A DNA stretch of 48,814 nt from Bacteroidota bacterium. Lineage in GTDB: Bacteria > Bacteroidota > Bacteroidia > Bacteroidales > Tenuifilaceae. The translations under genes were made by a program, and so were the position numbers. Every line of letters begins with the position of its first letter. Within the stretch, counting starts at the first letter, position 1. Location: assembly GCA_023406715.1 (NCBI GenBank), contig JAEXVC010000167.1, positions 1 through 48,814 on the forward strand, written 5' to 3'. Below are positions 1-10,315 of the stretch, piece by piece. A model generated the notes under the pieces. That model saw only the letters and a list, made by a program, of their open reading frames with translations, was not told where the DNA came from and searched no databases.

Positions 1-706
1 GGTTTTACCATGGAAATCGACGGAGATGCCTTATGTTAAAGGGACTATTTTGATTAGCGACAGGGAACCCGATATCTTCCTGAAAAATTATTACTCCAAT
101 AATTTTATGTGGAGCAATAGTTTTGAGAAGGAAAAACGGTTTATGATAGGAGGAATGATTGGTGCCGAAAAGTGGAGGCTTGAGGCAGGCTATAATCTTA
201 TACGAATTGTTGATTATCTGTATTTCGACTCCGAAGGCCTTCCAACCCAGGCGGACAACGTAACAGCAACTTCGGCATATGTTAAGAAGACTTTTAAATT
301 GGGAGGATTTTACTTTGTGAACAAGGTGTTGTGGCAAGCAAATACCAACGAGGATGTCTTGAGTTTACCTTCTTTTTCGGTTTTTTCGTCGTTATTCTAC
401 GAGCATGAGTTGGTTAAGAATGTTTTAACAGGACAGTTTGGCGTTAGCGGATTTTATAGAACAAAGTTCTATGCCGATGCTTTTATGCCAGCAACAGCTC
501 AGTTTATTAACCAGCGCGAGAAAAAAATTGGAGACTATCCTTTTGCCGATGTGTTTGCCAATTTTAGGTGGAAAAGGGCAACATTATTCTTCAAATACGA
601 ACATGTAAATCAAGGACTAATTGATAGTGAATACTTTACGGCGCTCCGCTATGCAGCAAACCGTAGAGTATTCAAATTTGGTCTTTCATGGATATTCTAT
701 AACTAG
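1..706 (+). CDS. Putative outer-membrane porin (Bacteroidota Porin_10-like), 5'-truncated at the window edge
   Basis: The frame is open from base 2 with no stop before the ORF-track Met. It has an amphipathic beta-strand pattern, the family-like stretch 'IGDYPFADVFANFRWKRATLFFKYEHVNQG', and an aromatic C-terminal strand 'FKFGLSWIFYN'. Confidence 0.75.
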   Translation, partial: VLPWKSTEMPYVKGTILISDREPDIFLKNYYSNNFMWSNSFEKEKRFMIGGMIGAEKWRLEAGYNLIRIVDYLYFDSEGLPTQADNVTATSAYVKKTFKLGGFYFVNKVLWQANTNEDVLSLPSFSVFSSLFYEHELVKNVLTGQFGVSGFYRTKFYADAFMPATAQFINQREKKIGDYPFADVFANFRWKRATLFFKYEHVNQGLIDSEYFTALRYAANRRVFKFGLSWIFYN

Positions 707-743
707 TCATCAAAATTTACTTCTGTAACAAATCCTAATGGGC

Positions 744-751
744 TATTTTTG
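744..751 (+). promoter_or_regulatory. Bacteroidota sigma70 -7 box TATTTTTG for the MltF-like gene
   Basis: Exact TAnnTTTG match about 40 nt upstream of ATG 791. It overlaps the ORF-track TTG at 749, which argues for ATG 791 as the real start. Confidence 0.55.
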
Positions 752-790
752 TACTCGAATAAAATAATTAAAACCAAGAAAATCTTTGAT

Positions 791-2200
791 ATGCAGACAT
801 TTATCACAAGTAGGATAAAGTGGGTGGTTTTTTTGGCTTCGCTTATAATGTTCTCTTGCATTAGTAATGACTCGGTAAGGCGACAAGCTGAGGTACAGAT
901 GCGAGACTTGGCTAAGATTCTGGCCGATGGTAAACTTGTAGCAGTTACTGACTACAACTCTACAAGTTACTTCTTATATAAGGGCGAACCTATGGGCTAT
1001 CAGTACGATTTGCTTCGCGATTTAGCATCCTATCTGGGTGTTAAGTTGGAGCTGATTGCCGAAAACGACATCGAAAAATCTTTCGAAATGCTCAAAAATG
1101 GTGAGGTTGATATAATTGCTAACAACCTAACCATAACCACCCAGCGCAAAAAGGAGTTTAACTTTACAACACCCCATGGGGAAACACGTCAAGTGCTTGT
1201 TCAGCGAGTTCCTTCCACTTCCGAGGAAAGTGAGAAACTTATAGTAAAGAACCCCTTGGATTTATCGGGCAAGGTTGTTTACGTTCAACGTAGCTCTGCG
1301 GCAGCGCAAAGGCTATCCAATTTATCGGAGGAGATAGGTGGGAATATAATGATAGTTGAACTACCAGAATATGATGCCGAGCAACTAATCGATTTGGTAG
1401 CTATGGGCGAGATAGACTATGTGGTTTGCGATGAGACTGTGGCACAAATAAAGGCTAGTTCACTTCAAAATGTTGATTATAGCACAGCCATTGGATTTCC
1501 ACAACATACTGCATGGGCATTGCGTCAGTCCTCTCCCGAGTTGCTTAATAAGGTAAACGCTTGGTTCGAGGGTTACCTAAGTACTTCGCGCTATGCAATG
1601 ATTAAAAGGAAGTACTACGAAAATCCAAATCACCTTAAGCGATTAAGTAACGACTACTATTTTGTTCATCAAGATAGGGTGTCGGAGTGGGACGAGTATT
1701 TTAAGAAAAATAGCCCAAAGATAAATTGGGATTGGCGCTTATTGGCATCATTGGTATATCAGGAATCGAGATTTAAACACGATGTTGTATCCCATAAAGG
1801 GGCTACGGGCGTTATGCAGTTTATGCCCCAAACAGCAGAACACTGGGGTATTGACAGCACTGTTAGTGCTAAGGAGCAGATTGAGGTTGGGGTAAAGTAC
1901 CTTAAGTGGCTCGACGATAAAATGGTTGAGTACAATATACCCGAGAAGGAACGTTTTAAATTTGTTCTTGCTGCCTATAATGCAGGTATTGGTCATGTAA
2001 TTGATGCACGCAACTTGGCACGAAAATATGGAAAAGACCCCAATGTTTGGGATGAGAATGTGGAGTACTTTATTCGCCATAAATCGGAATTCTTATCCGA
2101 TACGGTGGTGCGTTTTGGACGATTACGGGGCGAGGAAACCTTTAGGTACGTTAGCGAAATAATTGATAGGTACGAGCATTACAAAAATATTCTAAAGTAA
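791..2200 (+). CDS. mltF: MltF-like lytic murein transglycosylase (SBP_bac_3 domain + SLT domain), probable lipoprotein
   Basis: N-terminal ABC substrate-binding-like domain (GYQYDLL, DIIANNLTIT). SLT motifs YQESRF (catalytic Glu), GATGVMQFMP and AAYNAG. Hydrophobic signal ending FSC. Confidence 0.85.
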   Translation: MQTFITSRIKWVVFLASLIMFSCISNDSVRRQAEVQMRDLAKILADGKLVAVTDYNSTSYFLYKGEPMGYQYDLLRDLASYLGVKLELIAENDIEKSFEMLKNGEVDIIANNLTITTQRKKEFNFTTPHGETRQVLVQRVPSTSEESEKLIVKNPLDLSGKVVYVQRSSAAAQRLSNLSEEIGGNIMIVELPEYDAEQLIDLVAMGEIDYVVCDETVAQIKASSLQNVDYSTAIGFPQHTAWALRQSSPELLNKVNAWFEGYLSTSRYAMIKRKYYENPNHLKRLSNDYYFVHQDRVSEWDEYFKKNSPKINWDWRLLASLVYQESRFKHDVVSHKGATGVMQFMPQTAEHWGIDSTVSAKEQIEVGVKYLKWLDDKMVEYNIPEKERFKFVLAAYNAGIGHVIDARNLARKYGKDPNVWDENVEYFIRHKSEFLSDTVVRFGRLRGEETFRYVSEIIDRYEHYKNILK

Positions 2201-2216
2201 TTTAAAAGCGCTGGTT

Positions 2217-2873
2217 TTACTGGCGCTTTTTTATTGAACCATTTATTATCTCCACTAATTCGGCCAAAATCATAGCAGTAGCACCCCAAACAAACTCCTT
2301 GGATATGTTGAAGTAAGGAGCGGTAATTAATTTTTGGTGCGAGGTAATAACTTCAACACTCCTGTTTTTTGGATTTGTGAGTTGTTTTATGGGTGCATAA
2401 ATAATCCGCTCAACCTCTTGTGTGTTAGGATTGAATTCAGGTTTAAAATTTATTACACCAACAAATGGATGTACCATCATGTTGCTTACCGGAATGTAAA
2501 GTTGGGTGAGTTGTCCAATTATGTTGATGTCTGTTGGGTTAACACCCACCTCCTCGAAGGTTTCCCTTAATGCGGTGGCCTTAATATCTGAATCAGCCTC
2601 GTCAAATTTACCTCCAGGGAAACTAACCTGTCCGCTATGCGGTCCGTCGTAAACAGGGCGTTTAATTAGTAAAGTGTCAATACTGTTGCCGTTCGGAAAA
2701 AGCAAAATAAGTACAGCGCTTTGGCGTGTATTGGAGTTTGGGGCAGTATTCCCCATTAAATCTTCACGGATTGATGGCGACATAGTTTTTTGCGCATCAA
2801 ATCCAGGCAAATCATTCTGTAGTTCAGTTTTTAGAACCTCGACAAAATTATCGAAATTAATATTTGAAAACAT
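2217..2873 (-). CDS. CoA pyrophosphatase (Nudix hydrolase, NudL/PCD1 family)
   Basis: Nudix box GGKFDEADSDIKATALRETFEEVG preceded by the CoAse motif LIKR...HSGQVSFPGG, plus WGATAMIL. Start moved to ATG 2873. Confidence 0.9.
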   Translation of the reverse strand: MFSNINFDNFVEVLKTELQNDLPGFDAQKTMSPSIREDLMGNTAPNSNTRQSAVLILLFPNGNSIDTLLIKRPVYDGPHSGQVSFPGGKFDEADSDIKATALRETFEEVGVNPTDINIIGQLTQLYIPVSNMMVHPFVGVINFKPEFNPNTQEVERIIYAPIKQLTNPKNRSVEVITSHQKLITAPYFNISKEFVWGATAMILAELVEIINGSIKKRQ

Positions 2874-3032
2874 AAGACTATAATGAATTATCAAAAATAG
2901 CAATAATTGGCTTAAAAATTGATTGCTCAATAATTGTTGTGTAAATTGGCAATGTTATAAATTTGAATTTTGCGAGTTTGTTCAAAGTTTGCATATTTGG
3001 CAACCTTTTATTGATATTTAAAACTATAAAAT

Positions 3033-4415
3033 ATGAAGCGACTTCTACTTTTTTTATTTGTTTCAACTTTAATTATTGGTTTTGAGGGATGTGCCTCTAA
3101 AAAGTACGCAAAACGTGGCGATAAATACGAGCAGGCGGGTATGTGGGAGCCTGCAGCCGAGGCCTATATGCGTTCATTGGCGTCCAAGCGCGATAATGTT
3201 GATGCTTTAGTAGGTTTAAAGCGCACAGGGCAAAAAACAATCGATGAAAAAACCCTGAAGATGATGAAGGCTTATGAAACCGATGGATTAAAGGAGACAG
3301 TTTACGGTTATTTAGACATTATCAGCTTCAAGAATAGGGCTAGTGCGGTTGGAGTGGAATTATCTGTTTCCGACAGGGCTACAGATTATTTTAACGATGC
3401 AAAACCAAAGTATATCGAAAAAATTTACTCAGAGGCTCAGGCATTGCTCGATGCAGAAAAGTTTACACAATCTGAATCCATACTAAAGGAGATTGAAACT
3501 ATAGAGCCAGGCTATGGAAATGTTCAGGAAATGCTTAAGGTTTCAAAGTGCGAACCGCTTTACAGGCAAGGGAAGGAGTATATGACCAGTGGTATGAACC
3601 GAAAAGCTTATGCTAATTTCGAAAAAATAATTAAGGAGCATAATGGTTACAAGGATTCCAAGGAGTTAAGGGAGGAGGCTCTTCTAAAGGCATTAATCAC
3701 AATAAAAATTGATGATTTTAAGTATCAGGATGGTTCGCACGAGGTTGCTGCAAGGATACAAGGAGTTATAGTGTCTAAATTGAATTCTTTAAACAATCCT
3801 TTTGTTAAGGTTGTGGATACAGAGAGCACCCAGAAAATACTAGAGGAGCAAAAGAGAAGTATTGAGGTTGGCTCAAACATTCAAATTGGCAAAATTTTGG
3901 CCGCTAACGCAATATTCTCGGCAACTGTGGTAGAGTTTAAGCAGGCGGCCGGCAAATTCGAAAAGGTCGAAAAACGAGGTTATTTAAAAGAAGTTACCAC
4001 TACCAAGAACAAGGAAACAGGGCTGGAGGAGAAGACCGTTTCCTATAAAAAGGTAATCTATTACACCTATAGTATTAAAAACACTTCGGTCGTTTCGCTC
4101 AAATATCAGCTAACATCGGTTGAAACTGGAGCTGTAATGGTGTCGGATGTTGTTCGTGAAGGTTTTGATGATGAGGCAAGCTATGCTAATTTTGATGGAG
4201 ATAACGATAAGTTGGTGCCAGGCTACTGGGAAAAAATGAATAAGGATTCGGAGAAGGATTACGTTTCCGATACTCCTGCGGAAGTATCGAATTTGAGAAA
4301 CCTACTGAAAGCTAAACGCGAGGTTTCCTCTGTGGCTCAGTTAACCGACAAGGCTATTAATGAAATAGCCGCAAAGGTTGCACAAAAAATAAACCGATAT
4401 AATCCCGAACAGTAA
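3033..4415 (+). CDS. Lipoprotein with N-terminal TPR-like helices and a C-terminal CsgG/TolB_N-like domain
   Basis: Lipobox FEGC. Helical repeats (YAKRGDKYEQAGMWEPAAEAY; LYRQGKEYM...AYANFEKII). The C-terminal pattern 'IGKILAANAIFSATV...YQLTSVETGAVMVS' resembles CsgG/LpoB-type folds. Confidence 0.6.
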   Translation: MKRLLLFLFVSTLIIGFEGCASKKYAKRGDKYEQAGMWEPAAEAYMRSLASKRDNVDALVGLKRTGQKTIDEKTLKMMKAYETDGLKETVYGYLDIISFKNRASAVGVELSVSDRATDYFNDAKPKYIEKIYSEAQALLDAEKFTQSESILKEIETIEPGYGNVQEMLKVSKCEPLYRQGKEYMTSGMNRKAYANFEKIIKEHNGYKDSKELREEALLKALITIKIDDFKYQDGSHEVAARIQGVIVSKLNSLNNPFVKVVDTESTQKILEEQKRSIEVGSNIQIGKILAANAIFSATVVEFKQAAGKFEKVEKRGYLKEVTTTKNKETGLEEKTVSYKKVIYYTYSIKNTSVVSLKYQLTSVETGAVMVSDVVREGFDDEASYANFDGDNDKLVPGYWEKMNKDSEKDYVSDTPAEVSNLRNLLKAKREVSSVAQLTDKAINEIAAKVAQKINRYNPEQ

Positions 4416-5797
4416 TGAAACACAGAATATTAATTCTGCTTTTAGCCGTAGTATTTTTTAGTAGCTGTGGCGGCTCAAAGAAAACGGCGGAATTGCCGGT
4501 GTCGCCTAAATGGGTTCAGGCTCGTCCTACTTCCCAGATGTACTATGTAGGGATTGGCTCTACAAGGAAAACCAATGATGCCAATGGCTACATGCAAACT
4601 GCCAAGCAGAACGCTCTGGCCGATTTGGCTAGCGATATCTCCATCAATATATCCTCTAATTCAGTATTAAGTGCTTTCGAATCGCAGCAACGTTTTTTTG
4701 AGGATTACTCATCAACCATAAAGGCCGATGCCCAAAAGGAACTTGAGGGTTACGAGGTAGTTGAAACCTGGGAGGATGCATCAACCTACTGGATTTATTT
4801 CAGGCTTTCGAAGGATACGTACCGAAAAATTACCGACGATAAGAAGCAAAAAGCCGCAGCCAAAGCACTCGATTTTTACGATAAGGCCCAGCAAAACATA
4901 GCGGAAGGAGAGGTTCGGGTTGCACTGGTACTTCTGGTAAAAGCATTGGAGCCCATTAAACCGTACTTTGCGGAAACCATAATGGCAAACTACAACGGAA
5001 AGGATATTTTCCTTGGAAATGAGATAATTCAATCCATATCAACAACGCTCAATAAAATTGCCATAACAGGGCCACGTGAGTTGAAGGTTAAAACGGGAAA
5101 GGCTATTCAACAAAACGAATTGCGGTTCTTGGTAAACTTTAATCAATCACAACCTCAAAAGGGAATTCCTCTTAAAGCTAGTTATACCGAAAAGCCAATA
5201 ACCCAGAATAAATCTACAACAGAACCTAATGGTTATGCTGGATTTGGTATTGATGCTGTACGCTCATCAAAGCCTTCTGAAAAGTTTAAGGTTAATTTGG
5301 ATTTTGAGGCCATTGTTAATGAGGCTACAACTGATTTTACTATCAGAAAAGTGCTTGCTCGTTTCAATGTTCCAATGTTCGAGGTAGATATTAATATAGT
5401 AAAACCCGTATTTGCAATTCAATCCATTGAAAAGAATATTGGGAATTTAACTACCAGTAGTATACTTGCTGAGTCCGCTAAGCGTAAGTTGTTGGAATCG
5501 TCGATGCCAATTGTTGATAAACCTACCGAAGCTGATTATTTAATTAGTATAGATGCTTCAACTGTTCAGATTTCAGAATCGAATGGTTACAAGCAGGTTG
5601 CTTTATCGGCGACCATCTCAGTTAGGAGTGTAGATGGAATGGAGGTGTACCGTAAAACTTTGGATAGAGTTTTAGGCTCACATTTCGATATTGAAATGGC
5701 AGGTAGGAATGCTTATGCCGAAGCAACAAAACGAATTGAAAATACCATTATGCGTGAAATTATTGAAGTGGTAGTTAAAGGGAAAAGCAGTTACTAA
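4415..5797 (+). CDS. LPP20-family lipoprotein
   Basis: Lipobox FSSC. LPP20-like motif 'PKWV..P....YYVGIG......AKQNALADLASDISINISS'. Coupled to the upstream gene by a TAATG overlap. Confidence 0.75.
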   Translation: MKHRILILLLAVVFFSSCGGSKKTAELPVSPKWVQARPTSQMYYVGIGSTRKTNDANGYMQTAKQNALADLASDISINISSNSVLSAFESQQRFFEDYSSTIKADAQKELEGYEVVETWEDASTYWIYFRLSKDTYRKITDDKKQKAAAKALDFYDKAQQNIAEGEVRVALVLLVKALEPIKPYFAETIMANYNGKDIFLGNEIIQSISTTLNKIAITGPRELKVKTGKAIQQNELRFLVNFNQSQPQKGIPLKASYTEKPITQNKSTTEPNGYAGFGIDAVRSSKPSEKFKVNLDFEAIVNEATTDFTIRKVLARFNVPMFEVDINIVKPVFAIQSIEKNIGNLTTSSILAESAKRKLLESSMPIVDKPTEADYLISIDASTVQISESNGYKQVALSATISVRSVDGMEVYRKTLDRVLGSHFDIEMAGRNAYAEATKRIENTIMREIIEVVVKGKSSY

Positions 5798-5873
5798 AAC
5801 CAAAGTATTGAAAAATAAATTTTCATTTTAAGAATATCTGCTTTATATCATTATAATCCTTTGAAAAAATATA

Positions 5874-5881
5874 TAGGTTTG
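5874..5881 (+). promoter_or_regulatory. -7 box TAGGTTTG for the DUF1573-aminotransferase unit
   Basis: Exact TAnnTTTG about 24 nt before ATG 5905. Confidence 0.55.
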
Positions 5882-5904
5882 CATAATTTTTAAATTGTAC
5901 CGCT

Positions 5905-6330
5905 ATGAAAAAAATATTTTTGACTTTATCAGTTGTAGCATCAGTTGCGCTTGGTGCACTTGCTCAGACCAATGAAGCAGTAAATGCCGATTTGCCCGAA
6001 ATAACTTTTAAATCAACAGAAATTGATTATGGTGTAATAACTCAGAATTCTGAAGGAACTCGTAATTTTGAATTTACAAACACAGGTAAAGTACCATTGT
6101 TACTTACAAACGTTGCAGCATCGTGCGGATGCACTGTGGTGGAATGGGCAAAAGAACCAATTAAACCAGGCGAAAAAGGCACTTTAACAGTTAAGTACAA
6201 CACCGCAATAGTTGGTCCTTTTAATAAAAGTATAAGAGTTTTCTCTAATGCTAAGAGTAACCCTGTATTCTTAACCATTAAGGGTGATATTAAACCATTG
6301 CAAGAAACCGCAAGTCAAAGTCAGCAATAA
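5905..6330 (+). CDS. DUF1573 domain exported protein
   Basis: Signal peptide followed by the characteristic 'FEFTNTGKVPLLLTNVAASCGCT...PIKPGEKG'. Confidence 0.9.
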   Translation: MKKIFLTLSVVASVALGALAQTNEAVNADLPEITFKSTEIDYGVITQNSEGTRNFEFTNTGKVPLLLTNVAASCGCTVVEWAKEPIKPGEKGTLTVKYNTAIVGPFNKSIRVFSNAKSNPVFLTIKGDIKPLQETASQSQQ

Positions 6331-6346
6331 ATTCAAACTTATATCA

Positions 6347-7546
6347 ATGCCAAAAATATCAGAAAAAGGTGTGGCAATGCCAGCTTCACCAATCCGTAAA
6401 TTAGTGCCCTTTGCCGAGGAAGCAAAGAAAAAAGGGCGTAAGGTTTATCACCTTAACATTGGTCAGCCCGATATTCCTACTCCACAGGTTGCTATGGATG
6501 CAATCCACAAGTGCGACCTTAAAGTGGTTGAGTACAGCCACTCTGCTGGAATAGAGAGTTACCGTAAAGGCTTAGCCAATTACTACAAGGGTATTGGAAT
6601 TGATATCACCCATAACGATATCATTATAACCAATGGAGGGTCTGAGGCTATTACCATTGGATTTATGACGTGTTTAAACCCTGGCGACGAGGTTATTATT
6701 CCAGAGCCTTTCTATGCAAACTACAACAGTTTTGCTATGCAGGCAGGCGTGGTGGTTAAGCCAATTGTATCGTCAATTAAAAACGATTTTGCATTACCAG
6801 CTGTTTCTGAGTTCGAAAAGCTTATTACTCCAAAAACAAAGGGTATTGTAATTTGTAACCCCAATAACCCTACAGGTTATTTATATTCCAAAGAGGAATT
6901 GGAACAACTTGCCTCTATTGTTAAGAAGCACGATTTGTACCTATTCTCCGATGAGGTTTACCGTGAGTTTTGTTACGATGGTAACGAGCATTTCTCGGCA
7001 ATGTTGCTACCAGGCTTGGAGAACAACGTTATTCTTATGGATTCGGTATCCAAGCGTTATAGTATGTGCGGTGTTCGTATAGGAGCATTAATCACTAAGA
7101 ATAAAGAGGTTTACGCTGCTGCAATGAAGTTTGCACAGGCTCGTTTGTCTCCTCCCTCGTTCGGACAAATTGCTGCTGAAGCTGCTTTGAATACGCCAAA
7201 AGAGTACTTTAAAGAGGTTTACGATGAGTATATCAAGCGTAGAGACTTTATGGTTGCTGCGCTTAATAGAATGGATGGTGTTTACTGTCCAAAACCAAAA
7301 GGCGCCTTCTATACTGTTGTAAAACTTCCAATTGACGATAGCGATAAGTTTGCACAATGGTTATTGGATAGCTTTGAGTACAATAACCAAACCGTAATGC
7401 TTGCTCCTGCAACTGGATTTTACTCAACAAAAGGTCTAGGTAAGAACGAGGTGCGCATAGCTTACGTTTTGAATACCGATGATTTAAAAAATGCAATGGA
7501 GTGTCTTGAGGTTGCCTTAAAGCAATATCCTGGACGAACATTATAG
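6347..7546 (+). CDS. PLP-dependent class I/II aminotransferase (aspartate aminotransferase-like)
   Basis: Motifs LNIGQPD, CNPNNPTG, DEVYREF and SVSKRYSMCGVRIG (PLP lysine). ATG 6347 is preferred over the overlapping GTG 6284. Confidence 0.9.
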   Translation: MPKISEKGVAMPASPIRKLVPFAEEAKKKGRKVYHLNIGQPDIPTPQVAMDAIHKCDLKVVEYSHSAGIESYRKGLANYYKGIGIDITHNDIIITNGGSEAITIGFMTCLNPGDEVIIPEPFYANYNSFAMQAGVVVKPIVSSIKNDFALPAVSEFEKLITPKTKGIVICNPNNPTGYLYSKEELEQLASIVKKHDLYLFSDEVYREFCYDGNEHFSAMLLPGLENNVILMDSVSKRYSMCGVRIGALITKNKEVYAAAMKFAQARLSPPSFGQIAAEAALNTPKEYFKEVYDEYIKRRDFMVAALNRMDGVYCPKPKGAFYTVVKLPIDDSDKFAQWLLDSFEYNNQTVMLAPATGFYSTKGLGKNEVRIAYVLNTDDLKNAMECLEVALKQYPGRTL

Positions 7547-7567
7547 TGTTGATTGTATTATATGACG

Positions 7568-7600
7568 AGGGTGGATGTTTTTCCACCCTTTTCGTTTTTT
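7568..7600 (+). terminator. Rho-independent terminator
   Basis: Stem AGGGTGGA/TCCACCCT followed by a T-rich tail, 21 nt after the aminotransferase stop. Confidence 0.8.
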
Positions 7601-7697
7601 ATTATCACAGAAATATCTAAAAATATTTACCTTAGCATTACTTTTTGATTTCGGCGTAAACTTTGAGGAATTGTTGAAATAATTTATTGTACTATAG

Positions 7698-8879
7698 ATG
7701 AGGTGTTTATTGTATGTTTTCGTAGTTGTGTTTTATCCTTTCTTTGCATCTTCGCAGGATGAAAGCAAAAAAGTGTTGGTGGGAGCGGAACGTGTTGAAC
7801 TATATTTACCCAAAATTCAGAATAAGAATGTTGCGATAGTTGCAAACCATACGTCATTGGTAGGTGGAAAGCATTTGGTCGATACCCTTCTGTCGTTAAA
7901 TGTAAATATTAAAAAGATATTTTGCCCCGAACACGGATTTCGAGGAAATATTGAGGCAGGGGAGTTAATCAACAATCATACCGATACTAAAACAGGACTT
8001 CCAGTTTTTTCGCTTTACGGAGGAAACAAAAAGCCAAAATCAGAGAACTTGCAGGATGTTGATGTCGTAATTTTTGATTTACAGGATGTTGGGGTTCGTT
8101 TTTACACTTATATCTCCACTATGCATTATGTTATGGAGGCGTGCGCCGAGAATAATATTCCTCTTATAGTGTTGGATAGGCCTAACCCCAATGGGTTTTA
8201 TGTTGATGGACCAGTACTCGATTTGAAGAACACATCATTTGTTGGAATGCATCCTGTACCTCTTGTTCATGGGCTTACCGTAGGGGAGTTTGCACAAATG
8301 ATTAACGGAGAAGAGTGGCTTGCAGGAAAGGTAAAATGTGCATTGGAAGTGATACCTTGTGCTGGTTATACACATAGTCAAACTTATGCTTTGCCCGTTA
8401 AACCCTCTCCTAATTTACCTAATCAAATTTCGGTTTTGCTTTACCCTTCGCTTGGATTTTTTGAAGGAACCACAGTAAGCGTCGGCAGAGGAACCGATTT
8501 CCCTTTTCAGGTCTTTGGATATCCTAGTTATCCCCAAAAGCAATTCAAATTTAAACCTGTTGAAAAAAAAGGTGCTAGCATGAATCCTCCTTACAAGGGG
8601 AAAACTTGTTATGGAGTCGATTTAAGAGATTTTTCAGTTGATTATTTCATTGAAAGGAAATCCATTAACTTAGAATGGCTTATATATACTTATAGAACTT
8701 ACCCAAACAAGGAAAAATTCTTCAATAGTTTTTTTAGGAATTTGGCAGGAAGCTCTTTACTTCGGAAGCAAATAGAGGACGGATTAAGTGCTGATGCGAT
8801 TCGTGAGTTGTGGCAACCCGAGGTCGAAAAGTATAAGAAGATGAGGAAGACCTATCTGCTTTATCCAGATTTTGAGTAA
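7698..8879 (+). CDS. namZ: Exo-beta-N-acetylmuramidase NamZ (DUF1343)
   Basis: Signal peptide; motifs PEHGFRG, DLQDVGVRFYTY, LDRPNP, PSPNLP and SVGRGT. Confidence 0.9.
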   Translation: MRCLLYVFVVVFYPFFASSQDESKKVLVGAERVELYLPKIQNKNVAIVANHTSLVGGKHLVDTLLSLNVNIKKIFCPEHGFRGNIEAGELINNHTDTKTGLPVFSLYGGNKKPKSENLQDVDVVIFDLQDVGVRFYTYISTMHYVMEACAENNIPLIVLDRPNPNGFYVDGPVLDLKNTSFVGMHPVPLVHGLTVGEFAQMINGEEWLAGKVKCALEVIPCAGYTHSQTYALPVKPSPNLPNQISVLLYPSLGFFEGTTVSVGRGTDFPFQVFGYPSYPQKQFKFKPVEKKGASMNPPYKGKTCYGVDLRDFSVDYFIERKSINLEWLIYTYRTYPNKEKFFNSFFRNLAGSSLLRKQIEDGLSADAIRELWQPEVEKYKKMRKTYLLYPDFE

Positions 8880-8900
8880 CATTTAACCTTACCTGCATTT

Positions 8901-9533
8901 ATGGCAAAAAAAAACAATTTCTATGTGGTTTGGACTGGGCATACTCCGGGTATTTATGACGATTGGTGGAAATGTCAGGAGCAGATAAAGGGATTTGAGA
9001 ATGCAAAGTTTAAGGGTTTTCCAACAATAGATGCTGCCGAAAAAGCATTTAGTCTGGGCTATGGCAGGTATATGAAGTTAAATTCAGCGCAAGGCAATAG
9101 TTTGCGAATAGGAAGTGCTGCTCTAAAGCCCGTATATCCATCGTTGGCTGTTGATGCTGCATGGAATACTGCCACTGGCGATATGGAGTACCGGGGAGTT
9201 GATGCGCATAGCGGTAAGGAGATATTTAGGCAGGGCCCATTTTTTGATGGGACAAATAATATAGGAGAGTTTCTTGCAATAGTTCACGGATTGGCGTTTC
9301 TGCAAAAGCAAGGGAGCAGAATTCCCGTTTATACCGATTCTGTTACCGCAATTGCCTGGGTTCGCCGTAAGCAGGCTAATACGAAGTTGGCACTAACGCC
9401 TCGTAATGCAATCCTCTTTGAGTTGATAGAACGAGCCGAAACTTGGCTCAGAACAAATAAATGGGATAACCCAATTTTAAAATGGGAAACACCTATCTGG
9501 GGCGAAATCCCAGCTGACTTTGGTCGAAAGTAG
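8901..9533 (+). CDS. rnhA: Ribonuclease HI with N-terminal hybrid-binding (viroplasmin/Cauli_VI) domain
   Basis: N-terminal 'FYVVWTGHTPGIYDDW..C..QIKGF..AKFKGF'; RNase H residues in AVDAA, TNNIGEFLAIVHG and YTDS; C-terminal WGEIPADFGRK. Confidence 0.92.
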   Translation: MAKKNNFYVVWTGHTPGIYDDWWKCQEQIKGFENAKFKGFPTIDAAEKAFSLGYGRYMKLNSAQGNSLRIGSAALKPVYPSLAVDAAWNTATGDMEYRGVDAHSGKEIFRQGPFFDGTNNIGEFLAIVHGLAFLQKQGSRIPVYTDSVTAIAWVRRKQANTKLALTPRNAILFELIERAETWLRTNKWDNPILKWETPIWGEIPADFGRK

Positions 9534-9545
9534 ATTGCTATAAAA

Positions 9546-10256
9546 CTAGTTGCAGTAGCAGATAATGATGATTTCGTAGATACCGTTTTCATCATCTTCG
9601 GCTTGAGTAGCCACGGAATTTGGCAATGGTGACTTATAGCGATTTGTAATTATCAACCTATATGAATTGTGGAAGTAACCTGTTTGAGTTTCTGTAATTA
9701 GCTCGTTATCTAGTTCAAAACCAATATTGGGTAGTTCTTCAACCATTGGTTTAATGGTGTTTCCTAAAACGGAGAAATCCTCATTAACTTCAATAGGGAT
9801 AAGCATATAATTAGCATTTATTCTACCTTCTAAAATTGTATCGGAAACTTTGGAGAATTCAACTTTTGATATATCCTTTAAGGTTCTAAGCATGTCGGAG
9901 GCATTACATTTTTCAATATTTTTTCGGATGAAAACTGAGTTTTGCCCATTTTTTTGTATTAGGAATAAAGTGTCGGACGAAAACTGAACCTCACTAAAAC
10001 ATATTGTGTCATAAGGTTCTTCAATGATTAGACAACTGTTATCAATCTTCCAGTTTCCAAGGCTTGCTCGTTGCCCAAATACAAGGTTAACGGTTTTAGT
10101 ATCCTCCTCTATGTTAAAAGAAACTTCTTCAAAGTCAAAACCCTCAATGGTTTCCCATGTACCCAAAAGTTGCTGTTCGTCAATTGTTTTATTGTTTTGC
10201 TTACAGGCCAATAAAATTGTTAGGAGAAGGATTGTAATTCCTAAAGATGTTCTCAT
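9546..10256 (-). CDS. Hypothetical lipoprotein (lipocalin-like N-terminal motif)
   Basis: Lipobox LLAC followed by 'LLGTWE', a GxW motif typical of lipocalin-like bacterial lipoproteins. Confidence 0.6.
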   Translation of the reverse strand: MRTSLGITILLLTILLACKQNNKTIDEQQLLGTWETIEGFDFEEVSFNIEEDTKTVNLVFGQRASLGNWKIDNSCLIIEEPYDTICFSEVQFSSDTLFLIQKNGQNSVFIRKNIEKCNASDMLRTLKDISKVEFSKVSDTILEGRINANYMLIPIEVNEDFSVLGNTIKPMVEELPNIGFELDNELITETQTGYFHNSYRLIITNRYKSPLPNSVATQAEDDENGIYEIIIICYCN

Positions 10257-10315
10257 GTGTTATTGTGTTTAGTGACTAGGAATAAATATACTGAAAAACA
10301 ATATGCTTGTCAATT

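Noticed and set aside
8901..9533. Viroplasmin-like domain on RNase H as a sign of a viral or retroelement origin
   Set aside because: This hybrid-binding domain is a normal part of RNase HI in many bacteria including Bacteroidota, and no reverse transcriptase or mobile genes are nearby.
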